Made by a program: the position numbers and the translations under genes. A stretch of DNA of 44,189 bases from assembly GCF_004010195.1 (NCBI RefSeq), contig NC_057756.1, forward strand, positions 5,135,852 through 5,180,040, written 5' to 3'. Shown in pieces: positions 37,790 to 44,189 of the stretch. The notes beneath the pieces were generated by a model. That model saw only the letters and a list, made by a program, of their open reading frames with translations. It was not told the DNA's origin and ran no database searches. This stretch comes from Chiloscyllium plagiosum. Taxonomy: Eukaryota. The first letter of the stretch is position 1, and every line of letters starts with the position of its first letter.

Positions 37790-37962
37790 GCTGAAAATGT
37801 GTTGCTGGAAAAGCACAGCAGGTCAGGCAGCATCCAAAAAGGGCTCATGCCCGAAACGGTCGATTCTCCTGTTCCTTGGATGCTGCCTGACCTGCCGTGC
37901 TTTTCCAGCAACACCTTTTCAGCTCTGATCTCCAGCATCTGCAGCCCTCACTTTCTCCTCCC
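37790..37962. mobile_element. Palindromic PLE family A insertion inside an HE1 SINE (37608-38130)
   Basis: Inverted arms, with gactaaattgcc duplicated on both sides. Further family A copies lie at ~1915-2030, 2940-3082, 21335-21460 and 28455-28560. Confidence 0.7.
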
Positions 37963-39374
37963 AGACTAAATTGCCCCATAGTGTTCAGGGATGTCTAGGA
38001 TGGGTGCATTAGTCAGGGTTAAATGTAATGCAATAGGGTAGGGGAATGGCTCTGGGTGGGATACTCTTTGAAGGGTCAGTGCGAACTAGTTGGGCCAAAT
38101 GGCCTGTCTCCACACTGTCGGGATTCTATTCTGTCGTTTCATTTTAAGGAGATCTTCAGGCTGCCGTACACCTCAGAAGGAAGCTGAAGGGTCGGTTTTG
38201 TCTTTGATGTCCTGGAAAGACAGGGTCTTATTTTTTTCAGAAATTGTTTTAAAAACCAAGCTTTGCTGCCCATTTGGAACCCAATTCACCCATAATTCCC
38301 ATGCTTTTCTGCTCCGTCGCATATCTTTGAAGTTAATGAGGGGAGCAGAGTCAAATTATATGCCAAAAGTCATCATTTACCTGGAGTCCAATTGCTTGCA
38401 ATAAATGGTAATTTTTATTCAGTGCAAGCACCTGGGCATGTGCTTTCTCTCAAACTGAGGGTAAAAGAGACTGAGTGTGAATGGAGAGCAAAATACTGTA
38501 CACATTCATAAAATCTTTAACTTTTCATTGTAGTCATAGAATCATAGAAATGTACAGCACAGAAATGGACCCTTCAGTCCAACTCGTCCATGCCGACCAG
38601 ATATCCGAAATTAATCAAGTCCTATTTACCAGCACTTAGCCCAGATCCCTCAAACCCCTTCCTATTCATATTCCCATCCAGATGCCTTTTAAATGTTGCA
38701 ATTGTACCAGCCTCCACCACTTCCTCTGGCAGCTCATTCCATACATGTACCACCTTCTTTCTATCTTTCCCCTCTCACCCTAAATCTATGCCCTCTAGTT
38801 TGCCCACCCTAGGGGAAAAGATCTTGCCTATTTACTCTATGCATGCCCCTCCTGATTTTATAAACCTCTGCAAGGTCACGTTAACAGAGTCTGGGAATAA
38901 GGGGGCTTAATATTATTCCAGTTCCACCGATGACACACCTCGGCACTACCTTTGTGATCCTTCTGGGAACCAGCCATCGCAGGAATGCTGATGCCCTGCC
39001 TGATGGAACGTAACTTTCACAGTTCTCACTGAGAGAGTGATTAGAAGGCGTGCAATGAACTGCTGTTTAGGTAAAAGCCCGACACACAGGGGAGAGAAGG
39101 ATACGTTGTGTTGAAAGAGTCCCACTTGCATCTGAAGCCCCACAGCGGTGACATACATAAACAGATCGGTTTGTTTTTTTTTAAACTGATGGTGGCAGAG
39201 AGATAAACATTGACAGGCCAACAGGGAGAATGGCTGTACAACGGCACCATGGGAATTTTGGCATCTGCCTGAGACAGCAGACTGGGCCTCCCTTTACAAT
39301 CTCGCTCGTAAGGCAAGCATGTCAACATTGGACGCACTCTGTCTTGGAGTCAGACAGCACAGAAACAGACCCAA

Positions 39375-41893
39375 CGATGTCTCCTCTTCCTCGGGCAGCT
39401 GAGGAAATTTGGCATGACGCGAATATCCTCGCCAACTGTTATAGGTGTGCCATCGAGAGCATTCTGTCTGGATGTATCACTACCTGGTATGGCAACTGTA
39501 CCATTCAAGATCGGAGATGGTTACAGAGAGTGGTGAATTCGGCCCAGACGATCACAAAGGCCAACCTCCCATCTATAGAATCCACCTACCAGGCCCACTC
39601 AGAGCACACGCAGATCAACTGGCAGAGGTTTTCTCGAACATCTTCAACCTCTCCCTACAGCAGGCCCTGCTCGTGCCTGTTTCAAGAGGGCCAACATCGT
39701 CCCTGTGCCTAAAAAGTCTCATGCAGCATGTCTCAATGACGACCGCCCAGTGACCCTAACTTCGGTGGTCATGAAGTGCTTTGAAAGGCTGGTCATGGCA
39801 TTAATCAACTCCAGCCTCCCCACTACTCTTGACCCACTCCAATTTGCCTATTGGACCAATAGATCCACGTCAGATGCCATATCACTTGCCCTTCACTCCT
39901 CCCTAGAACATCTTGACACCAACAACAGCTACGTAAGAATCCTACTCATTGACTACAGTTCAACACTATTATCCCCTCGAGAATGATTACTAAACTTAGT
40001 GATCTCGGTTTCGAGTTAGGATTAGAGTTATGGTTGGGGCTAGGGTTAGTGTTCAGGTTTTGTTTGTTTTAGGGTTAGGGTTCAGATCAGGTTTATTATC
40101 CGAGTTAAGGTTAGGGTTTGGGTTTGGGTTAGGTTTAGGGTTAGTGTTAGGGTTTGGGTTAGGGTAGGGATTCGGATGCAAACGCAGAAAGTGTGGTCCA
40201 TTTTGTTTGGAGTGTTTATGTGAAATAGGGTTAGTTTTAAGTTCAGTGTTTGGGTTAGCGATAGGGTTAGGGTTAGCTTTAGGGTTAGTGTCAGGTTTAG
40301 AGTTGTGGCTAGTGAAAGGTTTAGGGTGATTTCCTCCCACAGTCCAAAAATGTGCAGGTCAGGTGATTTGGCCATGCTAAATCGCCCATAGTGTTAGGTG
40401 CAGGGGTAAATGTAAGGGAATGGGTCTGGGTGGGTGTGCTTTGGTGGGTCGGTGGGTCAGTGTGGACTTGTTGGGCCGAAGGGCCTGTTTCCACACTGTA
40501 AGTAATCTAAGGTCAGAGCTAGGGTTTGGGTTAGAGTTGGGACCTAGAGTTCGGCCAGGGTCAGGGTTTAGGTTTGGGTTAGGGTTAGGGTTCCATTTAG
40601 GTTTTGAGATAGGGTTAGGGTTAGTGATGGGTGAAGGTTATGTTGAGGGTTAGGGTTAGGGTTTGAGTTAAGGTTGGGTTCAGTTACAAACCAAGAAACT
40701 GTGGTTTGTAGTGTCATATCAGTTGCCCTTCACTCCTCCCTAGAACATCTTGACACCAAGAACAGCTACGTCAGAATCCCACTAATTGACTACAGTTCAG
40801 CCTTCAACACTATCTTCCCTCGAGACTGATTACTAAACTTGGTGATCTCGGACTAAGCCCCACTCTCTGCAATTGGATCCACAGTTTCCTGACCCACAGG
40901 CCAAAATCAGCGAAGATTGGGCACAATATTTCCCCCTCACTAACACTCAACACTGGAGCCCCCCCAGGGGGTTGTGTACTCAGCCCCCTACTGTGCTCAC
41001 TGTATACCCATGACTGTGTCACCAAATACCAGACTGATGCCATTTACAAAGTCACTGTTGACACCACCATAGTCGGTCGAATCTCAGATGGCGATGAAAC
41101 AGACTACATATGGGAGGTGGAAGACCTGCAAAATGGTGCACTGAGAACAACCTAGCTCTCAACGTCGGCAAAACCAAGGAACTCATTATTGGCTTTTGGC
41201 GGGATGTTACTCCTGCCCCCCCCCCTACACATTACCAGCACAGAGGTGGAACGAATGGAGAGGGTCAAGCTCCTGGGAGTGGTCACCCACAACAAGCTTT
41301 CTTGGGCTCTTCATGTGGACGCACTGGTTACAAAGGCCCAACAACGTCTCTTTTTCCTCAGGCAGCTGAGGAAATTTGGCATAACGGTCAACTTTTGTCA
41401 ACTTTTATAGGTGCCCCATTGAGAGCATCCTGCCTGGATGTATCACTACCTGGTACGGCAACTGTACCATTCAAGATCGGAGACGGTTACAGAGTGTGGT
41501 GAACTCGGCCCGGACGATCACAAAGGCCAACCTCCCATCTATAGGATCCATCTACAAGGCCCGCTGTCAGGGAAAGGCCGCCGGCATCCTCAAAGCTCCA
41601 TCCCACCCTGGTAATGTTTTTCTACACCCTCTACCATCGGGGAGAAGGTACAGAAACCTGAACACACACACCAGCCGGTTTCAAAACAGTTTCTACCCAC
41701 TTGTTGTTAGAATACTGAACGGACTCACAAACTCTTAACATTCGCCTGGACCTGTGTTTTTGTGTTTGCCGCTGTTTCCCTATTATTTACTATCTATGCT
41801 CATTAACTCGGTGATCTGCCTGTATTGCTCACAGGACAAAGCTTTCCACTGTGCCTCGGAACACGTGGCAATCAATTCAATTCAATTCAATTC
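39375..41893 (+). mobile_element. Rearranged Rex1/Babar-clade LINE RT fragments ending in a (caatt)n tail
   Basis: [22 protein letters not shown]...LDPLQFAY...[28 protein letters not shown] and KAQQRLFFLRQLRKFG. Confidence 0.85.
40009..40685 (+). repeat. Degenerate telomere-like (TTAGGG)n tracts (40009-40327 and 40511-40685) flanking an HE1 fragment
   Basis: Hexamer periodicity with many exact TTAGGG plus TTTGGG, TTAGTG and TTAGAG variants. Confidence 0.8.
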
Positions 41894-41999
41894 AGACCCT
41901 TCGGCCCATCCAGTCCGCACTGACTATAATCCCAACTAAACTAAATGATTCCTGCCTGCCTGATCCTGGCCCATATATCCCTTTGAACCTTTCCTAACC

Positions 42000-44189
42000 T
42001 TTGGACAATAGCTGAGGAACGTGGATTGGGAGCAGTTATTTGAGGGTAAATGCTCAACTGGCATGGGGGAGGCTTTGAGAGACCAGTTGATTAAAGTACA
42101 GGACGTGCCCATCCCTGCAAAACTGAAGGATAGGAACCACGGATGACAAGAGGAAGTGAAAACACAGGCAAACAAAAAAGGATACAATCAATAGGTCTGA
42201 GATAAATGGCTACAAACTGACACAGTCCTTGGGGAGTATAGAGTAATTAGGAAAGAACTTCAACATGGAATTAGGAAAGGACCATGAAATGTCTTTCGCA
42301 AACAGTGTCAAGGAGAATCCGAAGGCTTTTTATGCGTATATTGGAAGAAAGAGACTAGCGAGAGAAAGGGTAGATTGACTCAAGGATAAAAGGAGGGAAG
42401 TTCACAGGAAGTGAGAGAGAGAGATCCTTAATGAGTACTTTGTATCAGTATTCACTGAGCAGAAGGATATGACTGATGTTAAGGTCAGCGATGAGTGTGT
42501 GAATACTCTAGAGAATGTCAATATATTGAAGGAGGACGTTTTGGGTATCCTAAGTTGCACTAGTTTATAGAGGTCAAAGAATCCCTATAGTGTGGACACT
42601 GGCCAATTTAACACAACAAGTCCACACCCAACAGCATCTCCCTCAGACCCATTCCCTACCCTATTACTTTACATTTCTCCTGAGTAATCACCTAACCTAC
42701 GCATCCCTGAACACTGTGGGCAACCCACCTAACCGGTACATCTTTGGACTGTGGGAGGAAACCGGAGCACCTGGAGGAAACCCACGCAGACACGGGGAGA
42801 ATGTGCAAACTCCACACACAGAGGGTGGAATCAAACCCGGGTCCCTGGCACAGTGAGGCAGCAGTGTTAACCACTGTGTCACTCTGTATTAAAATAGCCC
42901 CCAGGGCCAGATGGGATCTATCCCAGGTTTCAATGAGAGGCAAGGGAAGATATAGCTGAGGCATTAGCAGATATCTTCACATCCTCGTTGACCACAGGTG
43001 AAATTCCAGCGGGCTGGAGATTAGCCGATTGTTGTTCCCTTGTTTAAGAAAGGAAGTAGGGATAATCACAGAAATTCTAGGTCGGTGAGCTGAACGTCTG
43101 TGGCTGGGAAGCTCCTGGAGAAGTTACTGAAGGACAATATAGATACACATTTGAAAGAAAATTGACTAGTTAGTGATTGGCAGCATGGTTTTGTACAGGG
43201 AAAGTCATGTCTCACCAACCTTTTTGAAGAGGTGACAAAGATAATTGATGAGGGAAGGGCTGTGGATGTAGTTTATATGGACTTCAGTGAGGCACTGGAT
43301 AAAGTCCCACATGGCAGATTGGTACAAAAATTAAAATTACATGAGATCCAGGATGGGCTGACAAGACAGATATAAAACTGGGTCGGTCATAGGAGACAGA
43401 GGCTGGTATTGCAAGGATGTTTCTCAGAATGGAGACTGAGTGTGTTCCACAGGGATCAGTATTAGGTCCTCCGTTGTCTGTAGTAGATCTGGAGGAAAAT
43501 CTGAGCGATCTGATCAGTACGTTTGCAGATGACACGAAGATTGGTGGAGTACCTGATATTGCCGACGATTGTGAAAGGATGCAAGAAGATATAGATAGAC
43601 TGGCGACCTGGGGACAGGAATGACAGATGGAGTTTACCAACCAAATGGGAGGTAATGCCTTTCAGAGGATCAATAGTTGGTGTGAATTGTGCGGTAAATG
43701 GCAGCATCCTGAGGAACATTAACATACAGACCGATCTGGGCGTGCAGGTCCACAATTGCCGGAAAGGGGAGACACAGTGGTCAAGGTGATGGAGATGGCA
43801 CATGACATACTTGCCTTCATCGGCAGGGGTATAGAGTCCAAGAGTTGGTGAACCATGTTGCCCAGGTTAAAGCACCTTTGGAGAATGGGTGTGTAGTGTT
43901 GGGGGCCACACTACCAGAAGGAGGTGGACGCTTGGCAGAGAAGGTTCACCAGGATGTGGCTTGGCCTTGAGTGCAATGGAGCTACGAGGAAAGGTTAAAA
44001 AGACCAGGATTGGTTTCACTGGGAAGACAACGGCCGAGAGGAGACCAGATAGAGGGCTAAACAATTAGGAGAGGCATCGATAGTCAGAGGCTTTTTTCCC
44101 CAGGGTTAAAGTTTTAATTACAAGGGGGCATAGGTTCAAGGTGAGGGGGGGAAAGTTTAAGGGAGATGTGCGAGGGATAGTTTCACACA
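42000..44189 (+). mobile_element. Long degenerate CR1 ORF2 (RT) fragment, interrupted by an HE1 SINE and running off the window
   Basis: QHGFVQGKSCLTNL, VDVVYMDFS, VPQGSVLGP and ISTFADDTKIGG, with stops and frameshifts. Confidence 0.9.

Noticed and set aside
38922..39009. Plus-strand exon candidate (tattattccag ... gtaact)
   Set aside because: Weak donor, no partner exons and no recognisable peptide in either open frame.
40053..40340. PN-repeat ORF (NPNPNP)
   Set aside because: It is simply the translation of the telomere-like hexamer tract.

Overview
Eukaryotic (vertebrate) genomic DNA, very likely a shark or other elasmobranch, inferred from HE1-type V-SINEs and HER1/CR1 LINEs. Most of the window is transposable-element debris: CR1 and Rex1/Babar LINE fragments, tRNA-derived SINEs (five with internal 53-bp tandem arrays), Penelope-like element (PLE) fragments and older SINE remnants. 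There are also simple repeats and three N gaps. Almost all ORFs in the supplied track are repeat-derived. Two signals are not explained by that track. (1) Phase-compatible + strand exons at 6856-6908, 10940-10983 and 19030-19146 encode the cytoplasmic tail of an inhibitory receptor with two tyrosine motifs and a CEACAM1-like exon layout; its 5' exons were not found in the window. (2) Four distinct short PLE-type repeat families each carry a minimal type I hammerhead ribozyme core, and one is physically linked to a GIY-YIG endonuclease frame. Family names come from recognition and recall, not database searches, and repeat boundaries are approximate.
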